The notes under the pieces were generated by a model. That model made no database searches. It saw only the letters and a list, made by a program, of their open reading frames with translations, and was not told the origin of the DNA. A DNA stretch of 64,000 nt from Macrostomum hystrix (Eukaryota; Animalia; Platyhelminthes), in the NCBI GenBank assembly GCA_950097015.1, contig CATNEN010000014.1:992001-1056000 (forward strand). The letters run 5' to 3'. Below, piece by piece: positions 48,701-59,528 of this stretch; the first letter of the stretch is position 1, and the number at the start of each line of letters is the position of its first letter. The position numbers were made by a program, and so were the translations under genes.

Positions 48701-51700
48701 CTGGGAATGGATTAGAATAGGCAACTGAAGGACTGGGAATGGATTAGAATAGGCAACTGAAGGACTGGGAATGGATTAGAATAAGCAACTGAATGACTGG
48801 GAATGGATTAGAATAGGCAACTGAAGGACTGGAAATGGATTAGAATAGGCAAATGAAGGACTAGGAATGGATTAGAATAGGCAACTGAAGGACTAGGAAT
48901 GGATTAGAATAGGCAACTGAATGACTGGGAAGGGATTAGCGGAGGCAACTGAAGGACTGGGAAGGGATTAGCTAGACATCTGAAGTGTGGGAAACGACCA
49001 ACAAAGGCCTATTGAAAGTGTCGAGTGCATTCCTTACACTTGCACTACAACAGGGCATATAGAGCGGTGAAACCGTGCAACAATGGCCTGGTCTATTTTA
49101 GTCTCAGAAGTAGCAAAGCCAAGACAATATTATCCCAGTAGCAAAGCAAGAGCAGGCCATAAGCTTGCAGCCACTCGAAGTCAACAGCGCTAGTCCCGCT
49201 CTACTCGCCCAGCGTCAATAAAGCATATAACGCAAGTACGCAGCAGTGCTGGCAGCATAGCTAGGCGTAGCAGAATTGCGCGGCCAAAACGGTGAACAAA
49301 AAACTGGGAGAAATGCTGTAGAAAAAGAAAGAGAGAGAAAATGAGAGAAACGGAGACGGGGATTGGGAGGCCGGACTAGCGCGCCTTCCCCCACCGCCAA
49401 CAGTAAGTTTTACAGTGAAGGCACCAAGAGGCCAAGGACCGAAGGGAGGGCAGGGCAGGGCTAAGAAGGGAACAACGGGACCAAGCAACAGCAGCGGCAC
49501 AGTTGGCACTCCCCAAATTCAAGCCATTTCTTCCAGTCCTGCCCCCCCCCGAAGCAGACAAATCCCAATTTCTTCTCTACGCAGCCGCCCATTTTCCTCC
49601 CATGCTATAGCCTCTCCAAACAAGTCGCCCCGCAGCCCGCAGTGGCATAAGCTGCAGGACTGGCTCCCTCGGCCTTCTCCCCCACCTTGTCTTCCCACTG
49701 CGTATTTCCTGCCTTACTAGCCCGGCCCGCAGCGCCCCTCTGCCCCGCTGCCTGCCCAGAAAACTACAGGGGAAGCTCCGGTGGGCCAGCGGAACCCGGT
49801 GCCGCATCCCTTCAGGCTTATGTCGCCAAGCGGTTCGCAGAAACCGGGGCCCGCGCTAATTGGACGCTGAAGCCCAGGTGATTGCCCCGAGTGGAATGAG
49901 GCAGAGCTGGGCCAGAACCATTCCTAACGAATGCTGTCTGTCTGACTGTCTGAGAAAACTGAAGTTTATAAATGCTGTCAACAGAAGCTGATAGATCTAA
50001 TAGAAGCGAATTGGTTTGCACCAGGCCTGTAAGGTCACAGCCAGAGTACTTTGGAAACTATGGGTCAGCGCTAATCTTCAGGGCTAATCTTCAGGTCGTT
50101 ACACTGGGGTTGTTCAAGTCTGCCATTTTCTGGAGGTTTAATCATACTCAGGCCCGCCATTCCCTGAAGGTTTAATAATCTTCAGGTCCGCCATTCAATG
50201 AGGGTTTAATCCTCTTTAGGTCCGCCATTAAATGAGGGTTTAATCATCTTCAGGTCCGCCATTCCATGAGGGTTTAATCCTCTTCAGGGCCGCCATTCCA
50301 TGAGGGTTTAATCCTCTTCAGGGCCGCCATTCCATGAGGGTTTAATCATCTTCAGGTCCGCCATTCCATGAGGGTTTAATCCTCTTCAGGGCCGCCATTC
50401 CATGAGGGTTTAATCCTCTTCAGGTCCGCCATTCCATGAGGGTTTAATCCTCTTGAAAGGTTCTTCAGGCCCACCATAACATTGCACGTCGAAGGTTCTT
50501 AGGGTTTCATTTTCCATGAGAGTTGAATAATCCCGGCAAATAAAATTATTAACGTCGCTTGTTTACAAACAAAATGGAGCGATGTAAGACATTTTAAATC
50601 CAAAGACAGCAAACGCGAGCTCACCAGCTAGTCTGAGAGCGGACATTCTTTGCAGCTCCGGCTCCTGCAGCCATTTCCACATTCGCCGGAAAGTCTCCCG
50701 GCCAGACTTCAGCTTGCTCCAGGGCTTGGGATTACGCAACAGGTCAGACAGAGTTCCCTGGCTGCGGCAGAGCACCCGCTGTGCAAACACTGCCTGCGGA
50801 ATGCTGTACCGCTTGAGCTCTGAGCTGATGCGGTGGGCCAACTCCTTGGTGTTGATTTCCTCGCCATCAGAGGCTGAGCTGCAAGCCAGGGCTGATGAAG
50901 CTGCAGTGGCATCTAGAACACTCGAATCGTCAGCTGGTGAGAGCTGCTGCCGCTGCTGATGCTGCAGCTCAGATGTTGCAACATGGGATACCACAGTGCC
51001 AAGGCCTGGTGCATTTGATGAAGCTGTACAGGTAAGAAAGGAGTCCAGTTGAGTTAATATTTCGTTAAATTTGCTTCATTACATTTATTTTCACAAACAA
51101 AATATCTAATAGAATAAAACAAGAAATATATTGTAGCAAATATTTCAATGAAACTGATTCAAGCCATATCTATTGTAAAGACTTAAAAATGAAAAGAATT
51201 AAAAATGAAAATGAAATTCAAGCAATGATAGCAATAATTGTGAAATATAAAATAATTAATAAGCCATAAAAACAAGGATAAATGTACTAAATTTAATACA
51301 TTTTAAATTACTTTGTCATATTATGGCATACATTTATAAAACAAAGGGCACTATCTATGATTATTCTGCAATTTTTAACTGGACAAATGAAAAAACTTAG
51401 ATCAGGAAAATATATAAAATTTACTAGTTTGATAATAGGCCAATATATCTATTGATCTTGAAATATTAATTTAATATTACATGCTTAATGATATAAATAA
51501 AATAGTTAGTTAAAAAACACAGAAAAAAAAAAATATTTATATTTAATTATTGGGCAATATATAATTTTTATAGATCAATTTTAACCTAAAACTAGCTAAA
51601 TCTATATAATAACCTCGGCAATGTTGAGGTTTCCTTCGCGATATTATTTTTTAAATGGATTTGAATTCGCGCGTCCACAGAGATGTTTAATATGACGGCC

Positions 51701-53205
51701 TGACGGCATTGAGGGGACCTGGGCCCATGCAAAGGCGAAGTTCAGGTCCATGCACAGAACCTCGGCCGGACTCTTCAAAAGCCACCTGGAGGAATTTCTC
51801 TGGCGCCGCCTGTACCCGGCCAATGCTTTCGGAGCTGTACTGTACTGGGTGTCACACTACTACCCGCTGTGACTTCTCTGTGTCTGTCTCTGTCTCTGTG
51901 AACTAAAACTGCCCTGAACTGTTTATCGTTATCGTTGTTTATCGTTGTTTATCATTGTTTATCATTGATATTACGTCATATTAATCATCTCCGTGAACGC
52001 GAATTCAAATCCATTTGAAAAATAATATAGCAAAAGAAACCTCAACATTGCCATAACCTCATACATAATTATATTTTTCCTTAATTATAAAGTGCCACTT
52101 TGGGCTTGCAAATTATAGGTATAATTATATAAATAGTGTAATGGTTTTTCAAAAAGCACTTAATAAATATACATCTAGCAAAAAGCACAAACTAATAAAT
52201 CTTAATACACTCACCAATAAACTCAGATTTCACATCAGGCTTCAGCTCAGAAGATTCAGGTTGGATAAAGTAAGAGTTGGTCAAAATATGACTAGATGTT
52301 GAAAGATCTTGTTGTTGCTGCTGTTGCTGATAAGAGCTTTGTTGAATATAATTACTAGTTTGGCCTTGTGTTTGTAAAAATGTTTGACCAAGAGGCACTG
52401 TTGCCTGTAGATTTAATGGCACAAGGTTAAATTTGCTAAGATCACTTGCAGTGGTAGTATTCATGCCATAGCCTCCTTGCTTAAATTCTAAGCCATTAAC
52501 TAAAGGCACATGGTTTGAGAATGATTTCATTTCCATTGCAGTAACAAATGGCTTTACATCTTGAAGCCCATATGTTGCACTACCAGGATGCTGGGCTATT
52601 GAGTAGCCACTTGAGGCATGGGCCATAGTTGGGTTACTATACTTGTCAGCTGTCGAAGTAATTGATGACAAAGATCCAATTGAAGCATAAGTCATGCCAA
52701 ACGGAGGGCTGACTCGACCACCATTTAATGTGTATGAATCACTTCTGTAACTTGATGTAGAATCTAGCATGCCACCATCAGCTAGATTGATTGGCAATTC
52801 AATTCCTGTTGAATTCAAAGAACTAGCTTGTGAAATTAGATTTGTGGCAGCTGAAGTTACCATTAGATTCTCAGGTTGTTGCTGCACTGGCAATGAAAGA
52901 GATGGCGCTGCCAGTAGCAATGGCCCAGCAGTAGCAAGCTGATTTGGATCAACATTAATAAGAGTGATTGTCACAGTTTGGTTTTCAGCTGAGCCATCTA
53001 GCTTTGGTAGGCTGATTGCTTGAATTATTTGGGTCAGCTGATCATGTGTCCACGCTACATTCTGAGGCAATTGTGATGATATCGTGGGGTTGGCCATAAG
53101 CTCAGGTATGCTTATAGCTGCACCAAATGTTTGTGATGACACCTGAACGTTTCCATTGGTCAGGAGAGCAGTTACAGGCTGAGCTTGGACTTCCATCGCT
53201 CTCAT
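45724..53205 (-). CDS. onecut: Onecut (HNF6-class CUT + homeodomain) transcription factor, 3 exons, 700 aa
   Basis: Exons 53205-52215, 51023-50625 and 46436-45724 (2103 nt; phases 1,1 are consistent). CUT domain: EINTKELAHRISSELKRYSIPQAVFAQRVLCRSQGTLSDLLRNPKPWSKLKSGRETFRRMWKWLQEPELQRMSALRLA. Then ACKRKE and the homeodomain KKPRLVFTDIQRRTLHAIFKE..VANFFMNARRRS with Onecut-specific F48/M50. Exon 1 has TYASIGSLSSITSTADKY, like a degenerate STP box. The start could instead be ATG 53196. Confidence 0.93.
46695..47105. repeat. 20-bp minisatellite CCCAGTCCTTCCCAATGCCA (Onecut intron 2)
   Basis: About 20 copies visible. Confidence 0.95.
47630..48972. repeat. 32-bp minisatellite GGCAACTGAAGGACTGGGAATGGATTAGAATA (Onecut intron 2)
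   Basis: About 41 copies visible. Confidence 0.97.
50140..50455. repeat. 34-bp minisatellite TTTAATCCTCTTCAGGTCCGCCATTCCATGAGGG (Onecut intron 2)
   Basis: About 9 copies visible. Confidence 0.93.
51617..52052 (+). mobile_element. Internally deleted Merlin (IS1016/IS1595-like) DNA transposon in Onecut intron 1
   Basis: About 80-bp imperfect TIRs starting GGCAATGTTGAGGTTTC (51617-51697 and 51974-52052) and a perfect 8-bp TSD ATAACCTC (51609-51616, 52053-52060). Internal 51702-51872 reads DGIEGTWAHAKAKFRSMHRTSAGLFKSHLEEFLWRRLYPANAFGAVLYWVSHYYPL*, matching the C-terminus of IS1595/Merlin DDE transposases (IE..W..K ... L.EF.WR). Confidence 0.88.
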
Positions 53206-54529
53206 GAAAATCAAAAGCAATCAATAAAGCTCACTTATTCATTGCACTTAGGTGTGCTATAATTTGACTAAGCTGTCTCAAAGGTGGAAAACAGTCAATG
53301 CCGGTCAATAAATTTGACGGAGAATTTCCGAGGCTTTACTTTAGAGCGTGAAGCAGACTGCGCAAACATCAAGATGCGCAGTCTGCGCATCTACAGATCT
53401 ACATCACAAAGTAGATCTGTAATAGTGTTACTTATTTAGAACAGTATATGTTTATCTTATTAACTTAAGTTCAAAGAAAAATCGCTCGTCTTCTATTTTT
53501 TAAGCAAAAAAAACTGGTATAAACATAGGCTTTTGTTATAATGAAAAACCTTTCTTAGAAACAACGTGTCAAACTTAATTCAGTTAGTGACATGGTCAAC
53601 TCAGCAGCTTTTTGCTATCACAGACACTACTGTACACTATATGCTTCTAAAGATTTAAAATAATCAAATTTTGATGGTTTGATGGTTTGATGATTTGCCT
53701 GATATTTGAGCACAAATTTCACTATATTCGTGCTCAATATCTCGCTTCAGTACATATTATTGCCCTATCCGTAGTCCACTCCCCGAAGTTGCAGCCTCAG
53801 TGGCTGGACTTCCCGTAGAAAGCGCGCCTGCAGCCGCTTGCTGCTAGTTTGACCAACTAAGGTAGTCAGGCCAGGAGGGTTGAGCAAGAAGGGCGCATTG
53901 TCTGACCCAGAGGTAAAGGGATTCACCCACTCCTCTAAAGCGAAGCGAGTTCAAAGTTTTAAAAAGTTAACAGTACAAACCCTTTCTTACATTGAAGAGG
54001 TAAATCCAATTTTTGTTAAAAAATCATGGATCTTTGGGCTTGTTGCTTACGAATTCTATGGTTTAGTCTACGTTTCCTGCTCAAGATCTTTTTGCATCTT
54101 TCTGCCTATCAACCCGCTTTTTCGGCAATTTAGTGCACACAGTTCAAATTTGCAAAAGTATCTCTTCCTTATTCATTACGTTATGTTATATTATTTTTGG
54201 CTATATACAATGGTGGACCTAGCTCTCGATGTTTCAAAATACCGGCGATGCACGTTAAATTTCGCAATCAAAATTATTGAATAAGTATTGAACCCCTTTG
54301 TTTTGAATCAATCAAATCCAAAAATCGAGACTGTTGCTCGCATCGCTTTAAAAAACAGTAATTATGCGACGTAGCTGTTCAGTGTCACAATGAGTTTTAA
54401 GATTGCCACAAAAATATGCCACAGTCAAAATTTGTCTATGGGCTGCAGAAACTCTCCAGCTGGCGCAGCTCCGAAGTGCTCAGAGCGTCCATAGCAATGG
54501 CAGAGCAAACCATCCGACCACCGAGCTCA

Positions 54530-54900
54530 AAGATGTGTCGCGTTATCAAGGCCCAGTCGAAGACACCTAGGTAAGGCAGTCCCAGCCCAATTAAAATTGT
54601 TCAGGGTCTTTCCCGTGAACACTACAGCGGCCGACACAAGATGAGCAACGTTGTTAGTGGACAGCGAAGTGGGAATAGACTGTCTCGTCTGCTTGAAGTC
54701 AGGAAATGCAGGCTGACTCGGAAACGGGTGTTCAACCCACAAATGCTAAGCTGACCTGCACGGTCGCCGAATCTACCTGAAAAACCACCAGAGCAGTCGT
54801 GGAAGTAGTGGTAGTTCTGCTGGTGGTATGTTCGCATCAGCACTTTGGCAAAGAAGGTGAAGTTTCTCGGATGGTCTAGATAAGTGGCAGCCAGTGTCCC
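54530..54900 (-). pseudogene. Frameshifted partial duplicate of the LamG-like C-terminal domain of the 59.5-61.6 kb gene
   Basis: 54601-54900 is near-identical to 59732-60023 apart from a net 8-bp insertion near 54745 and a few substitutions. Diverged homology continues toward 54530 (WAGTALPRCLRLGLD vs WAGTAAPLCLRLGFD). Confidence 0.85.
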
Positions 54901-55259
54901 AGAGGACACGAAGAGGACAAACGCCTTTTGTATGCTGTCCAGGTGTGTGTCCCAATCACATTTTCCCTTAACAGTAGAAAGACTACGATGGTATTTCAAA
55001 TAAAAAATTTGTTTCCAAATCTTCTAAAATACGAGTATTCACCAATCGCCATAAAATCCAGAATACAGGCTGAAGCTTTCCGCTCTCTCAGGTGAAACAA
55101 CTTCCAGAATTACAAAACATCGGAATCGTCAAGATAATCAACGATTATTGTCCTGTGACTTGTGGCAAAAACGATCATTGTAGAACAATTTTCTGCTCAC
55201 GAAATTTATTTATCACATAACACTGTCGGCTATTATTGTTGATTACATTGTATTGTTAC

Positions 55260-56110
55260 CATCTGCCGCACCGCGCCGGACCACCCCATCGCCTGTGCAT
55301 AGACTTAATGGGAGGCACAAGTCTACACCGCTGCACCTGCTGTGACCCTTTCTGTCACTGGGTCATGGCAACAACCGAGCTTTTCGGCCCGCCGGGAGAC
55401 CCTCATCGCCAGCCTCGTCCAGCCCAGAGACGTCGCTCGCCTTCATGCCACTTCGACGCCTGGACTCCGCTGCCGTGTTCCGATCGGCCTTCCTTGCAGC
55501 CGCGACGGAACCCGCATAGCATACATCGAGCTGGCTGCCGCTGTCAGCCTGCGGCTGGGACCTGCAAGTGCCGGTAGCCGCTTGATGCCAGGGGCGACCA
55601 CGCCCTAACTTGTGTCGAGCGTTTCCGGCGGCACGATGAGCTCAATGCGCGGATCCGTGACCTGCTGCTGGGTGAACCTGGCGGTCCTGGAGCCCGCTGG
55701 CCTGTCCGGGAGCGACTCCCGCCGGTTCGACGGCGTTACTGTGGCGTTCGAGCGGGGTCTGCCGTTGGCCTGGGACGCGAAAGTCACTCACACTTGCGCC
55801 CCCAGCCAACCTGCACACCTCTGCTGTCGCCCTTTCGCGCCTTCGCAGCAGCAGCCGAGGCGCGCAAGGCCGCCAAGTAAGTTGCCGAACTCTGCAACCG
55901 CCAGGACTTCCGCCCGTTTGACGTCGAGACGCTGGGCGCATTCGGCCCGCACGCGCTCGAGCTGATCGACACCCTGGCCTCCCCCATCCGCACCTCCCCC
56001 ATGCCGAATCCTCCGTCGCCTCGGCACCGCAGTGCAGGCGGCCAACGCCGTTGTGAGCAACGAGCTGCTTCCTTGTCCGCTTAATCCTCTTCACAAATTA
56101 AAATTAAACT
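55260..56110 (+). mobile_element. Decayed 3' end of an RLE-type (CRE-like) non-LTR retrotransposon
   Basis: Across several frameshifts and stops it reads LAAAVSLRLG / CKC..DARGDHALTC..RHDELN (zinc knuckle) / VLEPAGL..DSRRFDGVT..WDAKVTHT / AAAAEARKAAK* / FRPFDVETLGAFG / AVQAANA. These are the zinc-knuckle and PD-(D/E)xK endonuclease motifs of CRE-like elements. The 5' boundary is approximate. Confidence 0.8.
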
Positions 56111-56475
56111 AAATTTTTTTGTTTTTGTTTGAATTATTTGAGCTGTGAAATTATTAGTAATTGGATTTCTGAAAACGAAAATATATTGTTTTGCTTTTAT
56201 TGTTAATTATTTTATTTTTGAGCCAAAATGGATTCGCCAAGCTTAAGAGAGCAATGGTAGTTGTCTTTGTCACAAGGGTCTTCGACAAGAATTGCTGAAT
56301 ATCTCGACGATGCGGATGTCGGACGGCTTTGAAAGTTTGGAAAGGGTGGAAAGTTAGGATTCTTATGCTGAACTTTCAGGAAAATTGGTCATTTGGTTCG
56401 GGAGCTATCGCGAAGTAGGCAGCGGGTATTTGAAATGCCCCGTGGTCTTCCCCCACAGGGAAAATAGCGTGGTCT

Positions 56476-57166
56476 TCGGTGAGGTTGTTGTCGGTGAGGT
56501 TGATGTCGGTGAGGTTGTTGTCGGTGAAGTTGATGTCGGTGAGGTTGATGTCGGTGAGGTTGATGTCGGTGAGGTTGTTGTCGGTGAGGTTGATGTCGGT
56601 GAGGTTGTTGTCGGTGAGGTTGATGTCGGTGAGGTTGTTGTCGGTGAGGTTGTTGTCGGTGAGGTTGATGTCGGTGAGGTTGATGTCGGTGAGGTTGATG
56701 TCGGTGAGGTTGTTGTCGGTGAGGTTGTTGTCGGTGAGGTTGATGTCGGTGAGGTTGATGTCGGTGAGGTTGTTGTCGGTGAGGTTGTTGTCGGTGAGGT
56801 TGATGTCGGTGAGGTTGTTGTCGGTGAGGTTGTTGTCGGTGAGGTTGTTGTCCGTGAGGTTGTTGCTAGTGAGGTTGTTGTTGGTGAGGTTGATGTCGGT
56901 GAGGTTGTTGTCGGTGAGGTTGTTGTCGGTGAGGTTGTTGTCGGTGAGGTTGTTGTTAGTGAGGTTGTTGTTGGTGAGGTTGATGTCGGTGAGGTTGTTG
57001 TCGGTGAGGTTGTTGTCGGTGGGGTTGTTGTCGGTGAGGTTGTTGTTGGTGAGGTTGTTGTCGGTGAGGTTGTTGTCGGTGAGGTTGTTGTCAGTGAGGT
57101 TGTTGTCGGTGAGGTTGTTGTCAGTGAGGTTGTTGTCGGTGAGGTTGTTGTCGGTGAGGTTGTTGT
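56476..57166. repeat. 15-bp tandem repeat GTCGGTGAGGTTG(T/A)T, one base different from the mucin-stalk repeat at 60.3-60.75 kb
   Basis: Directly visible; reads TTTSP/TSTSP on the minus strand in the frame equivalent to the mucin stalk. Confidence 0.95.
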
Positions 57167-57866
57167 TGCTACTCTTTGTAGTCCTGGTGCACACTGATTG
57201 GCCTATCTTATGCATGTCGTTCAAAATTTCGATCAGGCTGGGAAATGAGTTTTAGAGGTCCTTCCTGCATTAAATATATATTTCTGAAAATCATTCGTGG
57301 ACACTACTCACAAGTGAAAGGAGATTTTCTGTCTATGCTGTGAGTCACTTTCAATACATGCTACTTCTAGGAGTAAGTAGTGCTGCACCTTGACATTTGC
57401 ATCCTCTTTGGTCTGGAATCGATAAAGTGTGAATCAGGAAAGTCGTCGATGTGCCAAAATATAATCCGGACGTGAACTCGCTTCATTGCTGTCGCAAGGC
57501 GGATGTGCGAGCTAGGATAAAGAATTGTTAAGCTTCATTCGAGATGTTTACATCCTAATGCCTTCCTACGCGTGTAGTTGGAATAGCACATTGTGCCTAG
57601 AACGGTGGCTAAAGTGGGATAAGCTGGCTTCATCCAACAGACTTTTATTTGTGGAGATGCTATTTGCAGTGGCGCTTCTGCAGCACTAACTTCCAGTTGG
57701 TTAATCTTCTGTCAGCCAAAGATCACCGAAAGTCGTATTTGCAAGCCTTGCAGTTGCTATTAGGCAATAAAACACCGCAGATCTCCCAAATGCAGTCACA
57801 CAATAGAGTGCTGCCCGTGAGAAGTTTCGATCTAAACATAGCCAAGTGAAGCCAGGTGAGAAGTTT

Positions 57867-58935
57867 AGAGGCCTGAGCAACTGAACCCTTGCTGGCTTCT
57901 CATCAGAGGCCTGAGCAACTGAACCCTTGCTGGCTTCTCATCAGAGGCCTGAGCAACTGAACCCTTGCTGGCTTCTCATCAGAGGCCTGAGCAACTGAAC
58001 CCTTGCTGGCTTCTCATCAGAGGCCTGAGCAACTGAACCCTTGCTGGCTTCTCATCAGAGGCCTGAGCAACTGAACCCTTGTTGGCTTCTCATCAGAGGC
58101 CTGAGCAACTGAACCCTTGCTGGCTTCTCATCAGAGGCCTGAGCAACTGAACCCTTGTTGGCTTCTCATCAGAGGCCTGAGCAACTGAACCCTTGTTGGC
58201 TTCTCATCAGAGGCCTGAGCAACTGAACCCTTGTTGGCTTCTCATCAGAGGCCTGAGCAACTGAACCCTTGTTGGCTTCTCATCAGTGGCCTGAGCAACT
58301 GAACCCTTGCAGGCTTCTCATCAGAGGCCTGAGCAACTGAACCCTTGTTGGCTTCTCATCAGAGGCCTGAGCAACTGAACCCTTGCTGGCTTCTCATCAG
58401 AGGCTTGAGCAACTGAACCCTTGCTGGCTTCTCATCAGAGGCCTGAGCAACTGAACCCTTGTTGGCTTCTCATCAGAGGCCTGAGCAACTGAACCCTTGC
58501 TGGCTTCTCATCAGAGGCCTGAGCAACTGAACCCTTGCTGGCTTCTCATCAGAGGCCTGAGCAACTGAACCCTTGCTGGCTTCTCATCAGAGGCTTGAGC
58601 AACTGAACCCTTGCTGGCTTCTCATCAGAGGCCTGAGCAACTGAACCCTTGCTGGCTTCTCATCAGAGGCCTGAGCAACTGAACCCTTGCTGGCTTCTCA
58701 TCAGAGGCTTGAGCAACTGAACCCTTGCAGGCTTCTCATCAGAGGCCTGAGCAACTGAACCCTTGCTGGCTTCTCATCAGAGGCCTGAGCAACTGAACCC
58801 TTGCTGGCTTCTCATCAGAGGCCTGAGCAACTGAACCCTTGCTGGCTTCTCATCAGAGGCCTGAGCAACTGAACCCTTGCTGGCTTCTCATCAGAGGCCT
58901 GAGCAACTGAACCCTTGCTGGCTTCTCGTTAGAGG
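57867..58935. repeat. 38-bp minisatellite GAGGCCTGAGCAACTGAACCCTTGCTGGCTTCTCATCA
   Basis: About 28 copies, no spacers. Confidence 0.97.
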
Positions 58936-59528
58936 CTTCAGCGACGGGTCTATTGTTAAAAAATGTCAACCTAGCAACACGTTCAGCCGCCCATTTATGC
59001 TCCACATCGAGGCATTGTGTGCTATACTTTTCCTCGTTCACTAAGCGCGCCAACTGCGACCTGTCACGTGGTCTCTAAGGCAGACCATTTAAAACGTGTT
59101 TCACACTGTACTATTGTCTAACCAAAGTCAGATAGGCTTTTGAGATACGGAACACGCAAATGAAGGACATAAAAAATCACATCGCTAACTTGAATTTTCA
59201 TAAGTGTAAGTGTGGGCTTGTGCTTTTACAAGCTTTATTTCCAATCGAAATTCTGGGAGATTGCAACTAATCGGCAGAATAAGCAGACGAGTCACGACTA
59301 ATCTCAGACATCGGCTCTGAGCAAACAGAGGGCTCAGTTCAGCATGCTCGGCTCTAAACAAAAGGTTAGATCCGTGCAGACAGCAATAGCATAGACGCAA
59401 TCGGACTATCGCTGAGCTCTGCTTTGCAATAAGTAAGAAATTTAAGGAAAACCAGCCACTACTCAAGATGATAACACTTTACTCATTAAGTTTTGCTTTA
59501 CTCATCATCAACAGAAAAATGTTGCCCT

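Noticed and set aside
53701-53741. 13-bp hairpin as a miRNA precursor
   Set aside because: Too short for a pre-miRNA; no other support.
56376-57255. NNLTD, VVGE and RLLSV repeat ORFs
   Set aside because: Alternative frames of a 15-bp repeat; the Thr-rich frame fits the neighbouring paralogue better.
57867-58935. CRISPR-like appearance of the 32-, 38- and 41-bp arrays
   Set aside because: Units are head-to-tail without unique spacers, there are no cas genes, and the context is eukaryotic.
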